Under the pieces are notes generated by a model. That model saw only the letters and a program-made list of their open reading frames with translations, searched no databases and was not told where the DNA came from. From Omnitrophica bacterium RIFCSPLOWO2_12_FULL_50_11 (GTDB taxonomy: Bacteria > Omnitrophota > Omnitrophia > Omnitrophales > Danuiimicrobiaceae), in assembly GCA_001804315.1 (NCBI GenBank), contig MHFT01000050.1, positions 4,600-68,599 of the forward strand: 64,000 nucleotides of DNA. The letters are read 5' to 3'. Below, one piece after another: positions 63,551 through 64,000 of this stretch. Position 1 is the first letter of the stretch. Each line of letters begins with the position of its first letter. The translations under genes were made by a program, and so were the position numbers.

Positions 63551-63916
63551 ATGGCGAAGAAGATTTTGGTTATCGACGATGATCCTGATGTAAGAGAGGC
63601 TCTGAAGCTTCGTTTGGAGGCGAGCGGCTATCATGTCGTGACGGCTACAGGCGGGATCAGTGGATTAAAAGTTTTTGAAGAGACACAACCGGATCTCATC
63701 CTGCTCGATGTTGCCATGCCCGACATGGATGGATACGCGTTTATCAAAACCTTTAAGGCGAAGTATTTCGGTCGATACGTCCCCATCATCGTGTTGACAG
63801 GGAAGGATAGCATGAAAGATGTGTTTGAGTTGGAAGGTGCTAGAGCCTATCTCACCAAACCTTGCGATCCTGGTGAATTGGTTCAGACGATACAGAACCT
63901 TTTAAGGTCACGCTAA
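63551..63916 (+). CDS. Single-domain response regulator
   Basis: LVIDDD, LLDVAMP.MDG, LT, KP. Confidence 0.92.
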   Translation: MAKKILVIDDDPDVREALKLRLEASGYHVVTATGGISGLKVFEETQPDLILLDVAMPDMDGYAFIKTFKAKYFGRYVPIIVLTGKDSMKDVFELEGARAYLTKPCDPGELVQTIQNLLRSR

Positions 63917-64000
63917 GCGATGGTCTATCGGTTTTTCTTTTCTCTTTTTGTCGTCTTCGCTGCTGGTGCCTCGGGCGTTCAACTCGAAGCGTCTCCAGTT

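Noticed and set aside
63920-64000. Start of a signal-peptide ORF at the window edge
   Set aside because: Too short to assign

Overview
Core-chromosome region of a bacterium; gene content and basic proteome suggest PVC superphylum/Omnitrophota (inference). Plus-strand housekeeping runs: PIN/TRAM-ispDF-gltX-cysS-tmk-holB-metG-tatD; thiL-tsaE-tsaB-alr-birA-coaX; msrAB; groEL-groES with two CIRCE boxes; guaB-guaA-dnaE; HU-csp-rsmE-mtaB-cvpA-mpg-dnaG-rpoD; tRNA-Ile2, lptF, RNase P RNA; pyrR-pyrB-pyrC-carA-carB-pyrK-pyrD-pyrF. A 12.5 kb minus-strand block (11.2-23.7 kb) holds a RelE/XRE toxin-antitoxin pair, glycosyltransferase + GH130, Fic, DEAD helicase, Maf, flavoprotein, GIY-YIG, typA and a CxxC-x17-CxxC protein. 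Most notable: (1) a TCCCCCACCAC...GTGGTGGGGGA palindrome family at stop/start junctions that also occurs twice as helices inside RNase P RNA; (2) a very cationic COOH-NH2 ligase + C26 gamma-glutamyl hydrolase pair inside the pyr operon; (3) a PyrR attenuator with a leader peptide; (4) a modular hairpin-chain repeat; (5) tRNA-3'-like att scars separating cargo modules; (6) two orphan structured-RNA candidates. All calls are from reading the sequence, with no database searches.
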